Positions 9,193 through 18,097 of a DNA stretch of 64,000 bases are shown here, piece after piece; positions within the stretch are counted from its first letter, which is position 1, and the number at the start of each line of letters is the position of its first letter. The stretch comes from Anaerohalosphaeraceae bacterium (GTDB lineage Bacteria > Planctomycetota > Phycisphaerae > Sedimentisphaerales > Anaerohalosphaeraceae): the NCBI GenBank assembly GCA_963675525.2, contig CAXXSL010000016.1:800001-864000 (forward strand), written 5' to 3'. The notes beneath the pieces were generated by a model. The model made no database searches. It saw nothing but the letters and a program-made list of their open reading frames with translations, and was not told the DNA's origin. Position numbers and translations under genes: made by a program.

Positions 9193-11514
9193 ATGAAAAT
9201 GCGACATAATTGGAGAAGGTCAGTAGTTTTTTTGGCAGTGGTCGGATCCTTTTGGATGTCAACGGGCTTGTTGTCAGCGGAAACTTCGCCGGAAGGGGTG
9301 ACGATCAGCAGTATTCAGGTGGCGGGCAATGTGACGCTGACGCGGGCGCAAATTCTTTCGGTTGTGCGGGCGCGCGTTGGTCAGGCGTTCAACGTGTCGC
9401 TTTCAACGGGCGATGCCGAGCGCATCGCTAAACTGGACGCCGCGGAGTCAGCTTATTACAACACGCAGATACAGGGTGATGGGCTTATTTTGACGTACGT
9501 CGTGGTTGAACGCAACCTGGTGCGCAGCATCTCTTTCAAGGGGCAGGAAAAACTCGGTGTTCAGGTGCTGTCGAAAGATCTGCCCTTTAAACGGGGCGAT
9601 TATCTTGATGTTTTTGCGGTTCGTGCCGGGGTGGACACGTTGGCCGAGTTGTATCAGAAAAAAGGATTTCCCTGGGCCGTTGTGGAGGTTGATGAAGAGG
9701 CAATGCTGTTGGGCAATGTGATTTACATTATCAACGAAGGACCGAAAGTGAAAATAGCTTCGTTGAAGTTTGTCGGCAATACATCCTTATCCAGCCGCCA
9801 ATTAGCGAGAGCCATTAAAACCAAGAATAAAAAGTTTTATCTCTTTTCCAGTTATTATAAAGCCGCACAGCTTGAAAAAGATACACAGAAACTGTTGGAG
9901 ATTTATCATAAAAAAGCCTTTCTGGATGCACAGGTCAAGAGTGACATTACGTTCAACGAAGATAAAACAAAATGCTTTATTGTTTTCAATATCACCGAGG
10001 GGCCGGTTTATATCGTTGATTCGATTCATTATGTCGGCAACGCCTTTTTTGATATTGAAACGCTTCAGAAAGATACCAAACTTCGCCGGGATTATTATTA
10101 CAGCGAGGCGTGGGCTGAGTTTGACACGAAAAAAATTCGTGCTAAATACGGGCAGGTCGGCTTCATCAATGCTCAGGTGACGGTGAACCGGACATTTTTA
10201 CCGGGTGCTCGGGTAAAGGTTGAATTTAACATCAAAGAAGAAAACCGTTATCGTATTGGCGAAGTTGTTATTTCCGGCAACACCACGATTCAGGATCATG
10301 TGATCCGCCGGGTATTGGACGAAGAAGGATTTACGCCCGGCGAATGGTACAACGCGGATATTGCTCGCGGGGATGGCGAGGGGGAACTGGAAAAAATCAT
10401 CCGGCAGACCGTTGTAACGGAATCGGCGATGATATACCCGGCAGGGGAAGGGCCCGATACCCGGGACGCACAGGTGACGATTAAAGAGGGCCAAACCGGC
10501 TCGATCATGCTGGGAGCGGGGGTTGCCAGTGACAGCGGTGTCATGGGACAGATATCGCTTGATCAGCGTAATTTTGATATCGCCGATACGCCGGAAAGCT
10601 GGGGCGAATTATTGACCGGTAAAGCATTTCGCGGGGCCGGGCAGCGGTTTCGAATTTCGCTGAATCCCGGAACTGTAGTCAGCACCTATTCGGTCAGTTT
10701 TACCGAACCGTATTTGTATGACAAACCCGTTGCACTGAGCCTGGGAGGATCCAGCTTCGAACGCGGCCGGGAGTCGTATGATGAAGACCGTCTGGCAGCT
10801 ACAGTGGCGCTCGAAAAGCGGTATCCGGGTAAATTACGGCGGGGTGTTAGTTTTCGTGCTGAAAATGTTGGCATCTCCGATCTTGACACCACGGCACCCA
10901 AAGAAGTTCTGGATGCCAAGGGCGATAATCATCTGTTTGGCGTGCGTTTCTATTTTGAAAAGAATACCACCGACAGCCGTTTTCGTCCGAGCCGGGGCCA
11001 TAATTTTGACGCCGGCTACGAGCAGGTTCTCGGGGATTATACCTTTGGTGTTTTCAGTGCGACACAACGCTGGTATAAAACATTGTATGAAGACCTGTCG
11101 GAAAACAAAACCGTCCTTGAAACCAAAGTTAGCGCTGCGGCGATTGTCGGGGATGCCCCGTTGTTTGAAAAGTTCTATGTCGGCGGCATAGGGTCCCTGC
11201 GCGGTTTCGAATATCGCGGTATTAGTCCTCGAAGCGGCTCGCAAGATGATCCGGTTGGCAGTGACTGGATGGTTACCGGAAACGCTGAAGTGGCGGTTCC
11301 GCTGGGCGGCGAAACATTTTCGGCCCTTTTCTTCACAGATGTTGGCACGGTTGAAACCGGCGGCGTCCGTGCTTCGGTGGGAGTGGGCGTGCAGATTTTA
11401 ATTCCGCAATTTTTCGGACCGGTGCCGATGCGATTCGAACTGGCGGCCCCGCTCATGCAAGACTCAAAAGACGAAACCCAGGCGTTCAGTTTCTCGGTGG
11501 GCGCGTTGTTCTAA
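9193..11514 (+). CDS. bamA: Outer membrane protein assembly factor BamA (Omp85)
   Basis: Signal peptide, POTRA repeats, FTEPYL, FYVGG..SLRGF, terminal Phe. Confidence 0.92.
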   Translation: MKMRHNWRRSVVFLAVVGSFWMSTGLLSAETSPEGVTISSIQVAGNVTLTRAQILSVVRARVGQAFNVSLSTGDAERIAKLDAAESAYYNTQIQGDGLILTYVVVERNLVRSISFKGQEKLGVQVLSKDLPFKRGDYLDVFAVRAGVDTLAELYQKKGFPWAVVEVDEEAMLLGNVIYIINEGPKVKIASLKFVGNTSLSSRQLARAIKTKNKKFYLFSSYYKAAQLEKDTQKLLEIYHKKAFLDAQVKSDITFNEDKTKCFIVFNITEGPVYIVDSIHYVGNAFFDIETLQKDTKLRRDYYYSEAWAEFDTKKIRAKYGQVGFINAQVTVNRTFLPGARVKVEFNIKEENRYRIGEVVISGNTTIQDHVIRRVLDEEGFTPGEWYNADIARGDGEGELEKIIRQTVVTESAMIYPAGEGPDTRDAQVTIKEGQTGSIMLGAGVASDSGVMGQISLDQRNFDIADTPESWGELLTGKAFRGAGQRFRISLNPGTVVSTYSVSFTEPYLYDKPVALSLGGSSFERGRESYDEDRLAATVALEKRYPGKLRRGVSFRAENVGISDLDTTAPKEVLDAKGDNHLFGVRFYFEKNTTDSRFRPSRGHNFDAGYEQVLGDYTFGVFSATQRWYKTLYEDLSENKTVLETKVSAAAIVGDAPLFEKFYVGGIGSLRGFEYRGISPRSGSQDDPVGSDWMVTGNAEVAVPLGGETFSALFFTDVGTVETGGVRASVGVGVQILIPQFFGPVPMRFELAAPLMQDSKDETQAFSFSVGALF

Positions 11515-11558
11515 ACGAAATAGATCTTCATGGCAATTGAAACAGGAAAGGAACTTCG

Positions 11559-12152
11559 ATGAAAAATTCAAAATATTATACCATAGCAGTACTGGCAGGC
11601 GCCCTGATAATGACGGGGGTTTATCAGCAGGGTAAACTGGATGCCGCCGGGGATGCGGCTCCCGCAAAAATCGCAGTGGTGAATGTGACCAAAGTGATCC
11701 AGGACTGTAAAAAGTTCAAGACATGGCAGGAGCAAAAGCAGAAAGAGGCCCAACAGATCGAAGCGGAATTTACTGCCATGAAAAGCGAACTCGATTCTTT
11801 GAATGCTAATTTAAAAATCCATACGCCGGGCACCGATGACTATCGGGCACTGATGAAAAAGTATATTGAGAAACGTGCGACTCTTCAGTCAAAAGATGCA
11901 GCATATAAGGAATTGTGGGATGGCGAAAAGGAACAATGGACCGAACAGCTTTATGAAAAGCTATTACTGGTCATCGAAGATGTTGCGAAGAAAAAGAGCC
12001 TGGACATTGTCATGGCGAATGAAGATTTGGATCTAAAGGATCCGATGCGGCCGGATATTCTGCAAACCATAGTGACCAAAAAACTGCTCTACCACAGCGC
12101 CCAGTATGACATAACGGCCGAAGTACTTGCCGCTTTCGATGAGGCAAAATAA
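11559..12152 (+). CDS. skp: OmpH/Skp periplasmic chaperone
   Basis: KIAVVN N-terminus, coiled coil, DITAEVL C-terminus; between bamA and lpxD. Confidence 0.85.
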   Translation: MKNSKYYTIAVLAGALIMTGVYQQGKLDAAGDAAPAKIAVVNVTKVIQDCKKFKTWQEQKQKEAQQIEAEFTAMKSELDSLNANLKIHTPGTDDYRALMKKYIEKRATLQSKDAAYKELWDGEKEQWTEQLYEKLLLVIEDVAKKKSLDIVMANEDLDLKDPMRPDILQTIVTKKLLYHSAQYDITAEVLAAFDEAK

Positions 12153-12206
12153 TCGGAAGAAACTTGTTCTGGAAATAGTCATAAAGATAAAGATGAATTG
12201 CAGCGA

Positions 12207-13268
12207 ATGATGAGAAAGTCAACCGAGCCCAAAACAATTTTGCTGGCAGAACTTGCTGAACGAATCGGTGCGCAGTTGACCGGTGACGGCAAACGGTTGG
12301 TGTCGGGTGTCAATACGATTCAGGATGCCGATAAGAACGAGGTCTGTTTTTTGTCTTCACAAAAACATGCGAAAGGCCTTGAGGAAACTAAAGCGGTTGC
12401 GGTGATCGTTGACAAACTGATCGATACCTGTAAATTGTCACAGTTAGTGGTGGATAATGTCGATCTCGCATTGATTGCGGTGCTGACATTTTTCGCCCCT
12501 CGCCCGAAAGAGTTTGTTGGAATTCATCCGTCGGCCGTGGTTGAGCCGGATGCCCAGATTGACCCGTCCGCTGTTATAGGGCCCGGTGCTTATATTGGGC
12601 ACGGGGCGAAAGTCAGTGCTCAAGCCGTAATCGGGCACGGCTGTTTCGTCGGTGAAAATACGGTGGTTGGAGCCAACACCCGTCTGGATAGCCATGTGGT
12701 CGTGCATCACAATTGTCAGATCGGCAATTTTTGTGTGATTCAGGCGAATTCAACCATTGGCTCAACAGGATTTGGTTATTCGTTTATTGACGGTCAGCAT
12801 CGACTGATTCCGCACAATGGTGGTGTACTCATTGAAGACGGTGTTGAGATTGGCGCCAATTCCTGCGTGGACAGAGCAAAATTTGGCAATACGGTGATCG
12901 GCGCCGGCACAAAGATTGATAACCTGGTTCAGGTTGCGCACAATGTACAGATCGGTAAGCTTTGTCTCTTAGCCGGACATGTCGGCATTGCGGGCAGCAC
13001 AAAAATTGGCAATGGTGTTGTTTTTGGCGGTGCTGCGGGTTCTTCGGACAACTTGACGATCGGCGACGGGGCGATGCTGGGAAAACAAACCGCAGCGAGC
13101 CGGGATGTGCCGGCCGGACAAAGGCTTCTGGGGGTGATCCCACAGGAATTTTCGCACGAATTAAAATGTATGAGTGTCTATCGACGTCTTCCCGAACTTG
13201 CGAGAGAACTCAAACAACTTCACAACAAGGTCGAGAAACTTGATGCAGCAAAAGACGATAAAATCTGA
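12207..13268 (+). CDS. lpxD: UDP-3-O-acylglucosamine N-acyltransferase
   Basis: Hexapeptide repeats, [31 protein letters not shown]. Confidence 0.96.
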   Translation: MMRKSTEPKTILLAELAERIGAQLTGDGKRLVSGVNTIQDADKNEVCFLSSQKHAKGLEETKAVAVIVDKLIDTCKLSQLVVDNVDLALIAVLTFFAPRPKEFVGIHPSAVVEPDAQIDPSAVIGPGAYIGHGAKVSAQAVIGHGCFVGENTVVGANTRLDSHVVVHHNCQIGNFCVIQANSTIGSTGFGYSFIDGQHRLIPHNGGVLIEDGVEIGANSCVDRAKFGNTVIGAGTKIDNLVQVAHNVQIGKLCLLAGHVGIAGSTKIGNGVVFGGAAGSSDNLTIGDGAMLGKQTAASRDVPAGQRLLGVIPQEFSHELKCMSVYRRLPELARELKQLHNKVEKLDAAKDDKI

Positions 13269-14548
13269 GGCGAGACTTTCCGGCAGGGGTCTTTTCAGCG
13301 GCCACGACGTGAAGGTGACATTCAAGCCCGCCGAACCGGAGACAGGAATAGGTCTTTGTACGTACAGACCTCAAAAAACCGGTTTCGATTGAGATAAAGC
13401 CGGAAAATATTGCCCCGCGTGATCGTCGCACGGCAGTACAAAAAGGTGATGTTGCGATCGAGACGCCGGAACATTGTTTGGCGGCGATCGCGGCAATGGA
13501 TATCGATAACCTGATTGTGGAAATTGACGGCATCGAGTTCCCCGGGTTTGACGGCAGCAGCGAAGAATATTTTAAAACCCTTCAAAAAAGCGGCATTGTG
13601 TTACAAAACGCCCCCCAGGTTCCGCTGGTGATTACCGAGTCAATTTGTATTACCGAAGATGATAAATCTATTTATGCTCTCCCGGCCAATGGGAACGGAT
13701 TGACGATCACCTACGATTTGGATTATACCCAGCACACCGGCATTGGCCGGCAGATCTACTCGTGTGATTTGAATGAAGCCAACTATGCACAGAATCTGTC
13801 ACGGGCCAGGACCTTTGCACTGGAGGCCGAAGCGCGTCAGATGCAAGCCTCAGGGATCGGTACGCACTTGGGCCCCAAAGACATTCTGGTGATCAATTCG
13901 GATGGGCCGATCAAAAACAGCTTCCGCTTTCCGGATGAATGCGTGCGGCACAAAGTGGTCGATTTGATCGGTGATCTGCGGCTGGCCGGCCGGCCGGTTA
14001 TCGGGCGCATTGTGGCCTATAAGTCCGGCCATACCCTCAATCATAAACTTGTGCGAAAGATTGTTGAAAGCGCCCAAAAAACTGCCGAGGAAAAATCCCT
14101 GTCGGGAAGACCGTTGCTGGACATTAAGCGGATTCAGCGCATTTTGCCCCACCGGTATCCGTTCCTGATGGTGGATAAGGTAGTTGAGATCGACGGGGAG
14201 CGGCGGATTAAAGGCATCAAGAATGTAACTTTTAATGAGCAGTTCTTCCAGGGCCACTTTCCGGGAACCCCGGTGATGCCGGGTGTTTTAATCGTGGAGG
14301 CTCTGGCCCAGGTATCCGGTTTGTTGTTTTCCCAGAAACTCGAGCACACCGGTAAGCTGGCGGTACTGCTGACGATGGATGGGGTTAAAATTCGAAAATC
14401 CGTGGTGCCCGGCGACCAGTTGATTCTGATCGCCGAAGCCGATAAGATTCGCAGCCGGGCTGCCAAGTGTAATTGTATCGCCATGGTCGGCGACGAGGTC
14501 GTTGCCGAGGCCCAGTTGAAATTTATGTTAGTGGATGATGAAATGTAA
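13243..14548 (+). CDS. lpxC-fabZ: Fused LpxC deacetylase / FabZ dehydratase, with a one-base frameshift near 13351 (probably sequencing error)
   Basis: MQQKTIK..GRGLFSG in frame 1. Removing one G restores [27 protein letters not shown] (LpxC), followed by [31 protein letters not shown] (FabZ). Confidence 0.9.
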
Positions 14549-14604
14549 CGTAGCAATCATGACTGCGACCAAGTAATAACTTAATCCGGAGGTTTAATAG
14601 AGCA

Positions 14605-15414
14605 ATGAGTCATACTATCCATCCCACAGCCATTATAGCATCGAACGCAGAGTTGGGTTCGAATGTGGCTGTCGGTCCATATACTGTTGTGGATGAAGGC
14701 GCCGTTATCGGCGACAATTGCGTACTGGATGCGCATGTGGTGATCGGTAAAAATGTAAAAATCGGAAAAAACAACCGCATTTATGCCTGTGCAGTCATCG
14801 GCCGTCCTCCCCAGATTCTGGGTCTCAATGACGATACGAAGATCGGCGGCCTGAAGATCGGCGACAACAATATTATTCGCGAGTATGTCACGATCCATCC
14901 AAGCATGTACCCCGATCAGAGTACCATCGTGGGCAGCGGGAACCTGCTGATGATCAACGTGCATCTCGGCCACGATTGTTTTCTGGAAGATAACATCGTC
15001 ATCAGTAACTGCACGCAGATTTCCGGCCACTGCAAGATTGAAATGGGGGCCTGGATTTCAGCGGCATGGTCCGCGGTGCATCAGTTTGTCACGATTGGCA
15101 AGTGGTGTTATGCCGCCGGCTACACCGGCATCAACCACGATGTGCCGCCGTTTGTGATCGTCAGCGGCCATTACCCGATGGAAATTCGCGCGATCAACAA
15201 ACGCGGCCTGACCCGCGCGGGCCTGTCGCAGGAAGAACAGAGCAGTGTGTTTAATGCGTTCAAGTTTATCTGGCGCAACGAGGGCCCCGTTCTGGAACAC
15301 GTCAGGGAACTGTCCGAAAAAGACGGACTGAATAAACATGTTGGTGCCATGGTCGAATTAATGCTCAACAGCAGCAAACAGCGTTTCGGCCGTTACCTGG
15401 AACTGCACCGGTAA
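14605..15414 (+). CDS. lpxA: Acyl-ACP--UDP-GlcNAc O-acyltransferase
   Basis: IHPTAII, IREYVTIH, HLGHDC, VHQF, HDVPPF. Confidence 0.95.
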   Translation: MSHTIHPTAIIASNAELGSNVAVGPYTVVDEGAVIGDNCVLDAHVVIGKNVKIGKNNRIYACAVIGRPPQILGLNDDTKIGGLKIGDNNIIREYVTIHPSMYPDQSTIVGSGNLLMINVHLGHDCFLEDNIVISNCTQISGHCKIEMGAWISAAWSAVHQFVTIGKWCYAAGYTGINHDVPPFVIVSGHYPMEIRAINKRGLTRAGLSQEEQSSVFNAFKFIWRNEGPVLEHVRELSEKDGLNKHVGAMVELMLNSSKQRFGRYLELHR

Positions 15415-15470
15415 AAGGGCACATTAAATATCAAAACTAAAATATCAAATACACATATAAAAGAGATAAG

Positions 15471-16477
15471 ATGAAAAAACTCAGAACCGCGATCGTTGGT
15501 GCCGGCAAGATGGGCAAGATCCACGCCAAGGTTTACAGCAAGCTGGAAAATGCAGAACTCGTCGCCGTGGTGGATAATAATATCGAAAGCGCCGAGGCGC
15601 TGGCGGAAAAATACGACTGTTCCGCTTTTACCGACCCGGCCGAACTGATCGGCAAGGTCGATGCCGTAACCATTTCCGCCCCGACGATTGCCCACCATGA
15701 AGTCGCGACGTTATTGTTAAAGAATAAAATTCCCGTGCTCATCGAAAAGCCGTTGGCCTCATCCGTACAGCAGGGCCGCGAAATCGTCGAACTGGCCAAA
15801 GCCAATAACACCATCCTCGCTGTCGGCCATTCGGAGCGATGCAATCCCGTCGTGCAGGCCATGAAGCGCCTGCATATCGAGCCGATGTTTATCGAGGTGA
15901 CCCGCGTCAGCCCCTATCCGTTCCGCTCAATGGATATCGGTGTGGTGCTCGACGTGATGATTCACGATATTGACATTATCCTCTCGCTGGCCAACAGCCC
16001 GGTCAAAAAGTCGATGCCGCCGGCGTCAACGTCATCGCCGACCATGAAGATGTTTGCAATGCCCGTATCATTTTCGAAAACGGCTGCATCGCCAACGTCA
16101 CTGCGTCCCGGCTGGCACTCAAAACCGAACGCAAGGTGCGCCTCTTCAGTCGGCAGGCCTACCTGTCGCTGGACTATTTCCGCAAGGAAGGCATCGTTAT
16201 CAAGGCTGACAAGAACATTGACCTCGTTAAGTGGATTCGAGAACATCAGGAAAAGCAGGACTTTGACTTTACGACCGTCAACTGGACGGACCTGCTGCAT
16301 ATCGAACAACTGCAGATCGAAGACGGCGAACCGTTGCGCATCGAGCAGGAAGCATTCCTCAATGCCATTCTCGATAAGGACAAACGCCCCGAAGTCACCG
16401 GAGCCGAAGGCCTGGCCGCATTAGAGTGCGCCGAAAAAATCCTCGAAGGCGTCAAAGCCCACCAGTGGGAAAAGTAA
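15471..16477 (+). CDS. Gfo/Idh/MocA oxidoreductase (GnnA-like), frameshifted at the A-run near 16005
   Basis: VGAGKMG, EKPLA, DVMIHDID. Adding one A gives VDAAGV..ARIIFENGCIANVTASR, joining the 16136-16477 ORF. Confidence 0.85.
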
Positions 16478-16478
16478 T

Positions 16479-16532
16479 GGCAGCGCGGGCGTCTCGCCGG
16501 ACATTTGTCATTCCGAGCGCAGCGAGGAATCT
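16479..16532. repeat. Two short REP-like palindromic remnants
   Basis: GGCAGCGCGGGCGTCTCGCC and TGTCATTCCGAGCGCAGCGAGGAATCT; the latter is related to the 35037-35100 repeat. Confidence 0.55.
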
Positions 16533-16546
16533 ATTCAAATAGTAAA

Positions 16547-16579
16547 ATTCCATAACCCCGAAGGGGTTCGTACAATAAT
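16547..16579 (+). repeat. Left half of the REP-like host repeat interrupted by IS copy 1
   Basis: AACCCCGAAGGGGTT hairpin; similar but not identical to the flank of copy 2 (AAGCCCAAAGGGCTT). Confidence 0.75.
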
Positions 16580-16658
16580 AGATAATATGTAGGCCATCCA
16601 AAAGTTCTTATAATGGTTTTTGAACCCTAAACCGGAACCATTATCGAAAGGATGGCCC

Positions 16659-17742
16659 ATGCGTAGTCTATCAAAGGTACAGACATTTTTCAACACTATC
16701 CGTTTAACCCGTAACGATGCATTGTTTATTGGTATTGACACCCATAAGGAAACGTATCATGTCGCGCTGCACTTAAACGACACCCCCGCTCTTGATTTTG
16801 TCATGCCGTCGAATCCCAATCAACTTATTGAACAGCTCAAACCGGTCCAGCACGCCATCAAAGAGATTGTTTACGAAGCCGGGCCCACGGGCTATTCATT
16901 GGCTCGCACCTTACAAAAACACCATCTGCCCGTGACTATTGCGGCCACCTCTAAAACGCCCCGGCCGGCCGCCAAAGAGGACAAGACAGATCGCCTGGAC
17001 AGTAAAAAAACTGGCGTGTTATCTGGCCAAGGGGCTCCTCAAACCGGTGACCATTCCTTCGGTCCAGCAGGAGGGGGACCGACAGTTGTGCCGGATGCGG
17101 CATCGTCAACGAAAAAACGGAGCCTGTGTCAAAACTCAAATCAAGTCATTTTTATTACAACACGGGCTGACGGAACCGGAAGGGCTCAAATATTGGTCTG
17201 GTAAAAGCATCGACGCCCTCCGAGCCTTGCGGCTGCCAAAGCCATTACGTTTGTCACTGGACGCGTTACTCAGCGACCTGGACTACCATTCTGACAGACT
17301 GACGGTGCTTGAGCGTCTCCTGGACGAAAGGATGGGGTCAACACCAACCGGCCAGCGGATTGCATTACTTCAAACACATCCCGGCATCGGACCGGTGACA
17401 GCACGACAGTTTGTTACGGAAGTGTTCCACTATGACCATTTTGAGACATCCTGCCAAGTGGTCAAATATGTCGGATTGGCCCCGACGATCCATCAAAGCG
17501 GTTCAAAAAGTACATCCGGCCCCATCAATCGGGACGGGAAGCCGTCCCTTCGTTGCACACTCATTCAAGCCGCATGGCAGTGGGTTGCCGTTGATGTTAA
17601 GGCCAAACAATACTTTTGGCGGATTTGTCACAGCAATGGGGGTATCAAACAGAAAGCGATCACTGCGGTGGCTCGAAAACTGACCGTGCATCTGTGGCGC
17701 ATGTTGATAAAAAATGAACCCTATCGGGCGGAAAAAGCTTAA
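16659..17742 (+). CDS. IS110 DEDD recombinase/transposase, +1 frameshift in the A7 run at 17004-17010
   Basis: FIGIDTHK, YEAGPTG, KTDRLDS, PGIG, YVGLAP..HQSG, AITAVARKL; copy 2 has A6 and is intact. Confidence 0.92.
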
Positions 17743-17960
17743 ACAGTATACGAATGGATTGAAGCTCACCACGACGTGCCGACCACGGCCCGAGGCTTGT
17801 GTCTTGAACACGATTGTAGATTGTTGGCGGCACCTCAGGAAGAACGAATCGATTAACGTGTGCTTCGAGCACGAATAACAGACTGAGCGATCAATCTTGA
17901 AAGACAAGGAATATCGATATGAAGTAAAAAACAAAAAAATTGTTGGTTTTAAAATATAAG
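17743..17960 (+). ncRNA. Predicted bridge/seek RNA in the IS 3' non-coding end
   Basis: Two internal-loop hairpins with loop sequences matching the target (CCCGAGGCT, GTAG) and the donor junction (ATAACAG). Confidence 0.7.
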
Positions 17961-17984
17961 ACTTGTAAGATGGCCTCATAACAG

Positions 17985-18058
17985 CCCCGGGTGTAGCAAA
18001 GCGGAACCCGGGGAAAACGAGGCCCAAAACAGCCACCAACCCCAAAGGGGTTGAATAC
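17985..18058 (+). repeat. Right half of the REP-like host repeat
   Basis: CCCCGGGTGTAGCAAAGCGGAACCCGGGG palindrome, then an AACCCCAAAGGGGTT hairpin. Confidence 0.75.
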
Positions 18059-18097
18059 GTGATTCGAAAGTTACCAATGGATCAAGAGAGAATATTA

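Larger units (their letters stand above)
16580..17984 (+). mobile_element. IS110-family (IS1111-type) insertion sequence, copy 1
   Basis: Matches 42814-44217 (reverse) by eye except one A. Sub-terminal IRs TATGTAGGCCATC / GATGGCCTCATA, AG core at both ends, no longer target duplication. Confidence 0.93.

Noticed and set aside
13345..13360. Programmed frameshift or pseudogene in lpxC
   Set aside because: A single extra G with no slippery site in a normally essential gene; similar indels at ~16005, ~17004, ~19576 and 63373-63960 indicate assembly noise
15055..15075. Odd ISAAWSAVHQF segment in LpxA
   Set aside because: Removing three bases gives the more typical ISGMVAVHQF, so compensating indel errors are likely
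17503..18045. Antisense ORFs across the IS 3' end (also 42819-43295)
   Set aside because: They overlap the transposase and the structured non-coding end, and recur only because the IS is duplicated
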